DNA of 64,000 nucleotides from Malacoraja senta (GCA_038087875.1 JAXLNO010000179.1:1-64000); one strand, 5' to 3'. Shown: positions 1 through 13,244, counted from the first letter of the stretch. A program made the numbers and translations. Notes: generated by a model from the letters alone, not told the origin.

Positions 1-1095
<1,095 letters not shown>

Positions 1096-1406
1096 GATCT
1101 TGGATCTAGAACACAAAGTCTTGGTGATCCTGATCTAGCACCAGGTTCCAGAACAGGTCCTCTGACATCACCTGTTGCTAAGGGGAGGTGGGGGACCTCT
1201 GATTGGTCGCTGTGTACCCCCCATACAGCATCATCTGTTTACGGGGGATGGAAGGGGGCTACTGATTGGCCGAAGGGGAAGCGGAAGATCCAATCCGATT
1301 GGCTGCCGCACCCCATCGTGACGTCACCTGTTGCCGGGGAGGGGGGAGCGCGGAGCGGAGAGACTGCGCCGGCCCGCCCGCCCGCCCGCCTCTGGGATGG
1401 ATGCGC

Positions 1407-4400
1407 TCAGGGCGGGGATTTATTCATGAGCCGAAGCACTGAGGTGAGCGGATATTTCACCGCGTTCTTCACCTGCTCCCTGAACTTGGACTGGGTCACC
1501 GCGTAAATAAATGTGTTGGTGCAGCAGCTGAGATTCCTCAGCAAATACCCGACGTAGTGAAAGATATATTGAGAATCATTCTTATCATTTCCAACTCCTG
1601 TGATCTGATAATAGACGAAGTTTACAACATTCGTCAGCCACAGGAGGATGAAGCTGCCGGAGATGGTGAAGAGTAAAACCATAGACCTCCTCCTGCTCTC
1701 CATCTCCGGGTCACTGCGGTTCTCCCCCTTGCTCTCACCCCTCAGCCCCTTACGGACCCGACTGGCCACTAAAATGTGGCGGACTGTCAGAGCGTTGAGC
1801 AGCAGGATTACAGCGAAAGGGAGGAACGGAGTTAAAACCGTGTCGATCCAGTCAAATGCCACCCACCCGGGGTCAGTGAAATAACTGTCAATCCCGGCAC
1901 AGCCCCACGGGACATTGTCGATGATATACACGGGTTCATTTGTGAAGTAGCGGGGAATGTTTTTCACACAGAGCAGAACGCCGGTTGTTGCCAGAACCAC
2001 AGCCGTAGTTTTCCCGGTGCAATATTTAGTTTTCAGCTTCTGGCAACAAATGGCGACAAAGCGATCAAAGGTGAAAGTGACGGTGAACCAGACAGAACAG
2101 TCTGCAGCTGCATACATCAGTACATCGTTAACACGGCACACAGGGGTGATGGACAGGAAACTCCATTTAAAGTAATGATATCGGAGCTCATACAAAATGA
2201 CCTCGGTGATGACGACCAGTAGATCAGCCGCTGCCATGGCCACCAGGTAGCGAGTGGTGCAGGTGGAGAGGCCACACTTTCCCCGGGACAGGATCACAAT
2301 CGCCACTAAATTCACTGCGGAAAGACAAGGGAACCGGACACTGGGCATTTACTCAACACGGTCTCCGGGGCTGAACACCGGCTCGACTTTCAGCTCAACA
2401 TCAGGAGTGTTGGAGTCGGTGCGCGGCTGCTGCAAGTTTAACAATGTCAGAGCCGGCTCCGACTGTGCCCGACCTGCCTGCCTGCTTCAGGGACAAGAGA
2501 TAAGGTGACGGGCGGGTGGGGTAAAGGGTGGAGAGGGAACGAGTAGCCACCCACCCGCTACAATAGGCGTAATGGTCCTTTCTATAGTGAACCCTGCTGC
2601 TGCTCACAGTCTGTGATGGGGCCGCTTTCACAGACTTAACCGTGAGCGGCCGGCCGCGTTTAACCAGGGCTCTGGGAACTCGGCATCTGATGGGGACGAG
2701 GAGGGAGGCTTCCAGAGGGAAGGCAGGGACAACATGGAATCCGGCAGCAGAGTGGCTCCGTTAATGGATTCATTCCACAGTGAGTTCAGTAGACAACAGG
2801 TGCAGGAGGAGGCCATTTGGCCCTTCGAGCCAGCACCGCCATCAATGTGATCATGGCTGATCATCCCCAATCAGTACCCCGTTCCTGCCTTCTCCCCATA
2901 TCCCCTGACTCCGCTATCTTTAAGAGCCCTATCTACTCTCTTTTGAAAGCATCCAGAGAACCTGCCTCCATCGCCCTCTGAGACAGAGAATTCCACACTC
3001 ACCATTCATCACTATCAAGCTTCCACTGAGGTTATCCAATGGCTTCTTGATGCAAACTACTTCATCTATTGCATTATCCCCAAACTCTGCCCTTCCAGAA
3101 CCAGGTTAGCATTCAGCACAGAACTCAGCGGGTGAGGCAGCATCTATGGAACGAAGGAAACAGGTAACGTTTCGGGCCGAAACCCTTCTTCAGACTGGAA
3201 ATAGTTACCTATTTCCTTCGCTCCATAGATGCTACCTGACCCGCTGAGTTTCTCCAGCATTGTCTACCTTCGATTTTCCAGCATCTGCAGTTCCTTCTTA
3301 AACACTTTACACAAGATTGCAGCTCGTAGGAGCATAATTAGGCCATTCGGCCCATCATGTCTACTCCGCCATTCAATCATGGCCTATCTATCTTTCCCTC
3401 TCAACCCCATTCTCTTGCCTTCTCCCCGTAACCCCCCGACACCCGCACTAATCAAGAATCTATCACTCTCCGCCTTAAGACTATCCATTGACTTGGCCTC
3501 CACCCCCGTCTGCGGCAATGAATTCCACAGATTCACCACCCTCTGTCTAAAGAAATTCCTCCTCATCTCCTTTCTAAAGGTAAAGGTAAAGCTGGGGGAA
3601 GAACGCACTACAATGGCCGCTATATCCAATCATCCCTGATATTCCCCTTTCTCTCCCTTCCCACACAAGGTGCCCTTCACACTTCCCTCCTGAAGCAGAG
3701 GCCAATTGTTGCAAATGAGAGTTCACCCCTTCTGGTCCAGACGGTCGACGCAGAAAGCGGAGTAACTCAGCGGGACAGGCAGCATCTCTGGAGAGAAGGA
3801 ATGGGACTGAAGAAGGGTCTTGATCCGAAACGTCACCCATTCCTTCTCTCCAGAGATGCTGCCCGTCCCGCTGAGTTACTCCAGCACTTTGTGTCTATCT
3901 TCGATTTATACCAGCATCTGCAGTTCTTTCCCACACACGAAATCCAGCCGGTGCCAGGAATGCAACCTATTATCCCCATGTATGGATGGTGTGGGGTATA
4001 TGTACCAAAGCACAGAGACAGGGGGGGGGGGGAGTTAGTCGGGTTAGTTTAGACATACAGCGGCTAATCTCAGCAGACTCAAGATGGTGCAGGTGAAGTA
4101 ACAACACACACACACGGCGGTAGATCCGCGGCCACTGGTCCAGGAGATGGATCCAATTATTGACCAACAGGCTGTGGGTGGAATCCGACTGTGACAGACA
4201 GACTCCACAGTGAGACACAGGGTGCACAGGAGCGGGTGTTCACTCTGATCAATAACTCAGACACAGTGAACTTCACAATGTGAACCCCTCTCTCCCAGTC
4301 ACACCGTCCCGGAGAGCTGCCTGCCTGCCTGCCTGTCCCGAGCACTGGGACAACTCTGGGCAAGGTCCCACTGAAGGCAAGAACAACATTCTAGTGGCTC

Positions 4401-4695
4401 CCGGCCGGCAGCAGTGAGAGAAAAAGAGGCTTAGTTTCAGCTGTCTGAAAATAAGACAAATCACAGCAGCGTTAATTCACAAATACTTCACTGAGAGGAT
4501 TGATATTCTTCACATATTCTTGTACAACGATCATCAGTTGGGAACTTGTAACATGATGAGAATCAGGTCAACACCAGTTAACACACGGATGGAGTTATAC
4601 AACTTGAATTGTTCTGCTCACTTACCAGGGACTCCAACGGCAGCAATGATCACGTACAGGATTTTCTCCACGGCGTCATATTCATAACGCCCCAT
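1407..4695 (-). CDS. Orphan class A GPCR, GPR139/GPR142-like; two coding exons (4695-4626, 2314-1407), 325 aa
   Basis: Exon 1: ATG at 4695, MGRYEYDAVEKILYVIIAAVGVP+G, donor GTAAG. Acceptor CTTGTCTTTCCGCAG; the phase-1 join gives VNLVAIVILSR. Exon 2 is open to the stop at 1407, with hydrophobic TM segments, MAAADLL (TM2), TFDRFVAIC (DRY-like) and NTFIY (NPxxY-like). Confidence 0.88.
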
Positions 4696-6519
4696 TTCTC
4701 TGCCCAGCGACGTGTCCCCGTGAGCTACCGGTAATGTCTCGGAATGAAATGCTGAGACAGAACATTCCTGGAGATTTTATACCATTTTCCGTCTCCACCG
4801 GGACAGTGAAGTTTCAACAGAGTTTAAAATAGAGATTTAGAAATGATTCACAAACAGATGACATCAACCGAGTGAAATCCCTGCTGAGACAGGTTGTGAT
4901 TTAATCAGGGAATTGATTGAGAAACTCCAAAGACTGGGAATTGTGGCGATAGATACTGAGGGATGGAAATTGGGAGCGGCGGCATTGTTCCAGCAAAGGG
5001 GATATTGGTTCAAACTCCATCAGATCCAACTCTCCACCTCATGTTGTTTGTCTGATTTCCTTCAATCCGTTTCACTCAGCAAGGCAATGCCAATTTCCAG
5101 GGACCCGCTCAGGGCTTCTGGTGCCCAGTTTGAAGGTGGACTGGTCTGGGCGACCTTTGTCCACAGGTTGAGGAATTAGTTCAACACATCACCTCGGACT
5201 AAAATGCACCCCCCCCCCTCCACTCTGCTTCACCACTCAATATGATCGCGGCTTCACTGACTGTGACCTCAACCCCACACTCCCGCTGACTGACCCCGGG
5301 AACCATTCACTCCCTGCTTGCCTGGAATAGATCTGACTATACCATGGGACAATAACATTCTCTGCCTTCCTTCATCACCTCTGTGGAGGAACGACCCAAA
5401 GACTCACGACACTCAGAGAACAGAAACATTGCCGCCTCAGACTTGTCCTAAACCGAAATAAAACAGCGAATGATGCAGCACCTCTCCCTCCTCTCTTTCT
5501 CTCTCCCTCCATCCTTACTGATGTCACTCTCTCTGAACTGTTACTCTCTACCCTACGCTCCCTATTCCCCCTCTCTGCGCTGCCCTCTCTCCATCCACTG
5601 ATGGAGTGACACACAGTGGGATAGTACTGATGGAGGGATACAAATGGGGCAGAACTGACGCAGTGACACACTGTGGTGGTACTGATGGAGTGACACACGG
5701 GGGGGGGGGAGAGAGAGAGATTATGAGAATGCATTATAGGCCCCACAAAGCTGGTCAAATTGCAGCAAGCATTCCCTCATGGCTCTGTGATGCATTAAAG
5801 GCTTAAAAGCACCTTGCCAGCCAGCCAGCCAGCCAGCACAGCCAGCACAGGGAAAAGGCCAAAAAATGGATTTTGCTGCGTGCCTGGCTCAGAATCTATT
5901 TTAGGCCCCACAAGGCTGGCTGGAAAGATTGCAGAAAGCATTCCCTCATTCGGCCCATCTGTGCTAGCCCAGGAGGTGACCCTTCTGCCAATCAGGCATG
6001 TTCTCTGTCCCCACTGTTCTGTCCCCCCCACACTGTTCTCTGTCCCCACACTAGCCCTCCCCAGCCACCACCCCCTCAAAGGTGACTACTCAAAACTCAG
6101 ATTACACCCCACCAAAAATAGTTGCTTAAGTGTCCCTTTGGCCAATCAGGCCCTGTACTATCCCAGGATGTGCCCCTAAGGCTCATCAGGCCTTTACTAG
6201 CCCTCAGGCCTCAATGTGTGATGATCATAATAATCATAAGAGTCAAGTGTTTGATTTGATGAATGTATTTTTATTTCATTGCAAGACCCACCCACTTTAA
6301 TACAACTTGGCTCCAGTTTCAGAGCAAAATTATTTGTTTTCCACAGCAGCATCAGCAGCAGCAGGCGCCTGGTCCTATATCCTCCTTCATTGTTCACATC
6401 TGTAGAAAAGAAAAGAGGAAAAAAGTCAACATTTGTCTCTCTCTTGTATTTCCCCCGGTATGTACTCACTCATTTCACCGCAGTGTTTCCCACAAAAAAG
6501 TGGGAAAAACAGCAAAAAT

Positions 6520-6755
6520 GCTCTCTCTCTCTCTCTCTGTCTCCCTGGCTCTCTCTCTCTCTCTCTACCTATCTCTCTCTCTCTGCCTGTCTGTCTGTCT
6601 CTCTCTGTCTGTCTCTCTGTCTCTCTCTCTGTCTCTCTCCGTCTCTCTGTCACCCTCTCTCTGTCTGTCTCTGTGTCCCTCTATGTCTTTCTCTCTCTCT
6701 GTCTCTCTCTATGTCTCTGTGTTTCTCTGTCTCTCTGTGTCGGTCTCTCTTTCAC

Positions 6756-6801
<46 letters not shown>

Positions 6802-6825
6802 TCTCTCTCTCGCTCTCTTTCCTTA

Positions 6826-6866
<41 letters not shown>

Positions 6867-6895
6867 GTATCTATGTCTCTCTCTCTCTGTCTGTA
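6520..6895. repeat. (CT)n/(CTGT)n microsatellite
   Basis: Directly visible; a similar tract lies at 7495-7667. Confidence 0.9.
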
Positions 6896-6899
6896 TTGA

Positions 6900-7490
6900 G
6901 TCTAGAAGTTGGGAGGTCACGTTGTAGTTGTACGAGACGTTGGTGAGGTTGCGTTTAGAGTATTGCGTTCAGTTCTGAGCACTGTGTTACAGGAAAGATG
7001 TCATTGAGTTTGGAAAGGGCGCGGAGAAGATTTACTAGGATGTTGCCGGGACTCGAGGGGCCTGAGCTACAGGGAGAGGTTGGGGCAGGCTGGGACTCTA
7101 TTCCTTGGAGCGCAGGAGGATAAGGGGTGATCTTATAGATGTGTACAAAATCACCAGAGGAATAGATCGTGTAGACACACAGAGTCTCTTGCCCAGAGTA
7201 GGGAATCGAGGATCAGAGGACACGGGTTTAAGGTGAGAGAGGCGGGGGTGGGGAAATTTGAATAGGAACCTGAGGGGCAACTTTTCCACACAAGAGGGTG
7301 ATGGGTGTATGGAACGAGCTGCCGGAGGAGGCAGCTGAGGCTGGGACTATAACAACACTTGGACAGGTACATGGATAGGACAGGTTTGGAGGGATATGGG
7401 CCAATCGCGGGCAGCATGTGGGACTAGTATAGATGGGGCATGTCGGCCAGTGTGTCAAGTTGGGCCAAAGGGCCTGTTTCCACGCTGTAT
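6900..7490 (+). mobile_element. CR1-type LINE 3' fragment
   Basis: Degenerate CR1 ORF2 C-terminal sequence (LEYCVQF...LYSLERRRIRGDLI) followed by a 3' UTR-like sequence ending gggcctgtttccacgctgtat. Confidence 0.75.
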
Positions 7491-7943
7491 CACTCTGTCT
7501 TTCTGTTTCTCTCTCTCTGTCCCTCTTTGTCTCTGCCTCTCTTTCTCTCTCTGTCTCTCTGTCTCTCTGTCTCTCTCTCTCTCTCTCTGCCTCTCTCTCT
7601 CTCTCTGTCCCTCTTTCTCTCTGCCTCTCTGTTTCTCTCTCTCTCTCTCTGCCTCTCTCTCTCTCTGCTAGAGGGGATTTGGGCGAACGTAGACCCGATT
7701 CACACAATACCAACTGCGGGCTGGCAGGGGGGGAATGGGCCGAAGGACCTGTTTTGGCCGGTCTGGGCTCCCCACATCCACGCCGTTGTCACGCAAGGTC
7801 GGCTTCGTGAGTTTGGGGAGGGGTTTGGGGAAATGGTTTGGAAATAAGACAGAAATCGGCCTTAAGGGCTATATTAAGTGTGAATATAGTGTGAATTATA
7901 AAATGTGGGGATCGGCCTGCAAGTGCCTGTGCATGTTCCCCCT

Positions 7944-8520
7944 GCTGCATTAAAGGGCATGCATGCATCACTGGTTGCATTAAAGGGAATGCATGCATCA
8001 CTGGCTGCATTAAAGGGAATGCATGCATCACTCGCCGCATTAAAGGGAATGCATGCATCACTGGCTGCATTAAAGGGAATGCATGCATCACTGGCTGCAT
8101 TAAAGGGAATGCATGCATCACTGGCTGCATTAAAGAGAATGCATGCATCACTGGCTGCATTAAAGGGAATGCATGCATCACTGGCTGCATTAAAGGGAAT
8201 GCATGCATCACTGGCTGCATTAAAGAGAATGCATGCATCACTGGCTGCATTAAAGGGAATGCATGCATCACTGGCTGCATTAAAGGGAATGCATGCATCA
8301 CTGGCTGCATTAAAGGGAATGCATGCATCACTGGCTGCATTAAAGGCAATGCATGCATCACTGGCTGCATTAAAGGGAATGCATGCCTCACTGGCTGCAT
8401 TAAAGAGAATGCATGCATCACTGGCTGCATCAAAGGGAATGCATGCATCACTGGCTGCATTAAAGGGAATGCATGCATCACTGGCTGCATTAAAGGGAAT
8501 GCATGCATCACTGGCTGCAT
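7944..8520. repeat. 30-bp minisatellite, about 19 near-identical copies (TAAAGGGAATGCATGCATCACTGGCTGCAT)
   Basis: Units in register from 7951 to 8520 with few substitutions; each contains the self-complementary ATGCATGCAT. Confidence 0.97.
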
Positions 8521-9163
8521 TCCTGCCTCCCGCTGCATGGCAGCGCTTTTATCCTTACCTGCTCTTCACCAAAGATTATATAGCAGAGCAAGATGCGCCA
8601 CTCAGCGAAAAAAGGGTAGTATGCCATGGGTGGTTGTCGACTCCATTTTACCGGCGTGCCTCGACTACCGTCATGGCATCTACATCTAAATCTTCATCTC
8701 ACTGCTCTGCTATCAATTGCTCTAATCGTCAATGTAAACGACCCGACCTGTCATTCTTTAGGTTCCCCGATAAAAAAGAAAGGTGAGAAAATATATTATA
8801 TTTGACATATGTCAATTTTATTCTGAACTGAAAATGTTATTTTCTGTTCTCCCATCAACGGTCATTGGGAAACTAGGTTTGTCGGTACATTAGAAAGTTA
8901 TTAGAATTATTTTTAATAGATCTTTATTTACCAATAATCAAGTCAATAATTGTAACACTTCTGTACGTTTTTGGTTTTGTTCTTGTAAGGCAGGGGTCTC
9001 CAAAATATGGCCCGTGTTATGGACACATTAGGCCCAGTGACCACCAGATTTTTCGAGCTCAGATTCGAGTCCGGGAACGCGGCGGCTGTTACCCGTTATG
9101 TCCCTCGAATTGTCGAGACACCACAAGCAAAGATCACAAGCCCGCCATGAAGAAGGGTGCAAT

Positions 9164-9200
9164 CAAAGATTATAAAACTCCACTCGCTCTATAATCTTTG
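9164..9200. mobile_element. 37-bp P-element excision footprint (fused TIR stubs) with perfect 8-bp TSD GGTGCAAT
   Basis: GGTGCAAT-[CAAAGATTATA AAACTCCACT CGCTCTATAATCTTTG]-GGTGCAAT; TSD copies at 9156-9163 and 9201-9208. Confidence 0.85.
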
Positions 9201-9252
9201 GGTGCAATGGTGGGGCGGGGGGTTCGGTGGCGGCGGCGGCGGCGGTCGGAAT

Positions 9253-9288
9253 CAAAGATACTAGAGGAGCTCTGCTCTATAATGTTTG
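9253..9288. mobile_element. 36-bp P-element excision footprint with 8-bp TSD (GTCGGAAT/GCCGGAAT)
   Basis: The left 18 nt (CAAAGATACTAGAGGAGC) are identical to the element end at 17212-17195. The right 18 nt are the reverse complement of CAAACATTATAGAGCAGA. The TSD copies match at 7/8. Confidence 0.8.
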
Positions 9289-12200
9289 GCCGGAATGGGA
9301 CGGCTGCGCCTTATAACGTGCCATCGTTCCACTCTCCCTCTCCCCCTTCTCCCTCTCCCCCTTCTCCCTCACCCCCTTCTCCCTCTCCTCTTCTCTCTCT
9401 TTCCCCTTCTCTCTCTTTCTCCTTCTCTCTCTCAGCGCTGGGACACCAACAAGGAGCGGGCGATGCCTTGCCGGGTCGCCGCTCCGGAGTGCTGTGACCG
9501 CCGACCACCAACATCGAGGGTCTGCGGTCTGCGGTCTGAGGGCGTCCCGCCGTGGGCGGGCGGCGCTGGATTGAAAACACCGCGGAGTCAGAATCGATCT
9601 CTCTCTCTCCCCCTTCTCTCGATCTCTCTCTCCCCTCTCTTCTCTCGATCTCCCTCCCTCTCTCCCTCTCTGTTCTTTCCCTCCCTCCCTTTCCTCTCTC
9701 CCTCCCTTCCCTCTGTGTGAGAGTTGGCAGCCCTGCTATGCCTTAGGTCCAAAAGAGGATAGAAAGAAAATACTTAATGGTCTTTGTAAGAAGTTTTTAA
9801 TATTCTCTTCTACATTTAAGGTAAATTGACATATTAGAAGCAAAATGCATCTTCAATATACAGGTCTCTCCACACAACTGAAAACAATTGCACTTAAGTG
9901 ATACATCATCCATTCTGCAGGCATGTAGTTAATCCTAAATGATATGTTCTGTAATTTCAGATGTCAACAGTGGGTCCAGAATACTCGTCGACAAGATCTC
10001 CTGAACTGAACTCCGGAGTACTTGTCAGCCAACTGTTGTCTTTGTTCTTTACACTTTGAACTTGACCAGTTTTCCAACAAGCAGACCAAGAACAGGCTAA
10101 ATTGGAATGCAGTTCCAACGCTCTTTGACATTCCTAACCCGCCAAAACGTCTGTCTTCCCAACGCAGGTTACTCAAGAGGAAGAATGAGAACCTCCCATC
10201 CTCACCAACGCCTTTAAAACAGCAAAGAGGCAAGTAATTTTCTCCTTTTTAAAATAAAATATATTCTCTCATTTTGGCTAAATATTTAAAAGTTATATCC
10301 AAACTGATATAATTGCCAATGGTCAATATGTAATGGCATGTATGGTACTTTTATTTTCATTTGTGAAATGTTCACAAAACTATAATCACACGTAAGACTA
10401 CACAGTGTGGGCTGATGGAATGCGTACTAGTATTTAATTAAAGTAAGAACATCCATTTAAAGCTTCCTCAAGCATAATTCATACAACATTTAAATTGATT
10501 TAATGTTTTTTAAATCTTCAAAAAATCAAGATCATGATTTTCTTCTGGTAGATTGAAATTGGTGCATCACATCTATATTTAATTATAATTATTAGTAGAT
10601 GTTGATTTATTTACATGTATATGCTTCATCTTTTTCATTAGTATGCTTGACATTTCTTTTTCCCTTTCTCATTTTTTTTGTCTTGGCAGTGTCACACAAC
10701 ATACTGGCCGAACATTCTTACTGCTCAGCTGCAGACAAAGTTCATCGTAAAGAACCCAGCAGTGTCTCTACAACTCCTGAAAACCTGATCTTCAATCCAC
10801 ACCAAATGTGAATGACAGCAGAGCTCTGAAGAAGGAAAGACAGCGTACTTCCGCCTCAAAAAAAGAGTACAACAGATTAAATTATCAATGAAAAAGAATA
10901 CTACAGAAATTAAGACAATTAGTGACTTGATCTGAGGGGCTGGTGAATTTTTACAAGAACCAGCACTGTCTTTCTTTGCGTCGCAGTTGCGTAATGCGGC
11001 TGGACGTAGAAGTGCAAGAGGAAGACGATGGAGTTATTCAGACAAGGTGGTTGCCTTGTCCCTCTACCACCAGAGTCCCCGAGCATATCAGTTCTGCCAG
11101 TGCATTTTCACACTTCCATCAATCTCATCACTACGTAGGTGGTTGAGCAATATTGAAGTGAGGCCTGGGTTTCACCCTAAGATCTTTGAACTTTTGAAAG
11201 ACAGGGTTGCGGGGATGTCAGAGAGGGATACATTATGTGTAGTCTCCTTTGACGAAATGAGTTTACGTGCAAGCCTCTCTTACAATATTACTGAAGATTC
11301 AGTGGAAGGTTTTGAGGACTTTGGATCCCTAGGGAAGACATCAAGGCCTGCCAACCATGCTCTAGTTTTCATGGTTAGAGGCTTGATGGGGAAATGGAAG
11401 CAACCTGTAGGTTACTTTCTTTCACGGGACTGCACAACGGCTGACAAACTGCAAACATTACTCAATGAATGTTTACAGAAGGTTAAGGCTATTGGACTAC
11501 AGCCTAAGGCCGTTGTTTGTGACCAAGGCCCAAGCAATATTCGACTGTACTCCAACTTGGGTGTGACAGAAGACCATCCTTTCTTCGTCCACGGGGGAAC
11601 CAATATCTATTGCATGCATGAACCACCCCACTTGTTGAAAAACACTCGCTCAAATTTGGAGAAATATGTTTTTGAGGTCAAGGGAGGTCAAGGGAGAGGA
11701 TGGCAGAAAAAACATATGAAATGGGCGCATATTTACACATTTTATGAGCATGATTCACAGTTGCCCATTAGAAAGGCCCATAAATTAACCAGAGTACAAC
11801 AGATTAAATTATCAATGAAAACGAATACTACAGAGGCCATTTTGTTTTAAACAGCTTCTCTAAAATGAGAGTCAACAAGGCTGCGCAGGTGCTTAGCCAT
11901 TCGGTAGCAGCAGGCGTCTACACCTATGCAGCTCTTGGAAAGTTACCTGGGGAGGCTGTTTATATGGCAGAGTTCATTGAAATGGTTGATGGACTGTTTG
12001 ACTCATTTAACAGCAGGTTTTTCAAGAACCCCAAAATGTTAAGGAGGCCTATTTCTGAAAAGTCTGCGCATAAGTCATTCTTTGAATCATGCTTGACTGT
12101 ACTCCGAAGCTTGACAGTGCTTGGAGCTAAAAATGTGTTGTTTGTCAAGGGATGGCGGCTTGCAATTTCTTGCATTTCACAGCTGTGGCAGCACATAAAG

Positions 12201-13244
12201 GAAAGCACAGACGCCCGTTTTATGTTAACATCTCGGATCAATCAGGATGTTGTAGAGAATTTGTTCTCCACTATTCGGCGAAAGAGCGGATTCAGAGAAA
12301 ATCCATCAGCGAAGGAGTTTCGATGTGCTTTCCGGATGGTTATGGTGGCTGAACTGATAAAGCCATCTGTGAGTGCAAACTGTTCCCCCGACTCAGACAG
12401 ATTTATCTTAACATTGCAAACACTAACAAAAAACAGAGTCAAGAAACCATCTCCATCTATCTCCCATACCAATAAAACAAAACAGCACAATGCAGTCTGC
12501 AGCATTTCACTAGATCTCCCTGAAGAGAATACACTAGCTTACATCGCAGGACACATCTGTCACAAAATCATCTCTTCACATGAACTGTCCTCAAAATGCC
12601 ACACGTGCAGAGAAGTTATATTACGAACGGATGCCACTTTAGTAGATCCTGCACTCATATTCATCCATCACAAAGCATACGACACATCAACGTCTGACTT
12701 TGGCTCATTGATGGTGCCTTCGGAATACTTTCTTGGGTTCTGTGAAGTGTGCGAGAAAGTGTTCCGCACAGAATTTGATGATGTTAAGATGACCAGGGAT
12801 AACATTTCCCATCTAATAAACACAGCAATACATAACACACAGCAATAAAAAGACATGAACTTGTGCTGCAATAGAGTCAAGATTAGAATTGTAGCAATCT
12901 TTGTGAGTATCCACATGCACTATGGACTCAAATTCAAGAATAGAAAAATGCATAACATGACTGTTAAAAGGAGGTGTAAAAAACTTTAAAAAGTGGAACA
13001 TAAGTAAAGTGCATAATTTTCAAACATTATTTATTTGAAGTAATCCTATTGTTCAAATTCGTTCAATTGAGTTTATTGTCATGTGTTCCTGATTGTACAA
13101 TGAAATTCTTGCTTTGCTTCAGCACAACAGAACATAGTAGGCATTGAACAGATCAGTGTGTCCATATACAATTATATAAATTTATACACACATGAATAAA
13201 TAAACTGATCAAGTGCAAATAACATATAATGGGCTATTAATGTT

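Larger units (their letters stand above)
8673..13007 (+). pseudogene. THAP-domain P-element transposase (THAP9-like), three exons (8673-8782, 9961-10229, 10690-13007), inactivated
   Basis: THAP C2CH: CSAINC...FFRFP | CQQWV...LCSLHF...AVPTLF; EHSY motif; RNase H-like core motifs FDEMSL, CDQG, EPPHLLKNTR, MRVNKAAQVLS, NQDVVENLFSTIR. In-frame stops at 10007, 10933 and 12846; frameshifts near 10800-10860 and 11835-11865. Confidence 0.9.

Noticed and set aside
1407..2348. Single-exon GPCR starting at the ORF-track Met (2348)
   Set aside because: MPSVRFPCLSA is the intron polypyrimidine tract and acceptor; TM1 is completed by the upstream exon at 4626-4695.
7944..8520. 30-bp repeat array (and the 19-bp array at 24056) as CRISPR
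   Set aside because: Head-to-tail repeats with no unique spacers, no cas genes, and a eukaryotic context.
9121..9140. Possible third footprint CCACAAG-CAAAGAT-CACAAG
   Set aside because: Only 7 nt of TIR and a 6-bp duplication; could be chance.
8673..13007. Calling this the host THAP9 gene
   Set aside because: It has an adjacent TIR, multiple stops and frameshifts, and a sister copy nearby, so a transposon copy is more likely.
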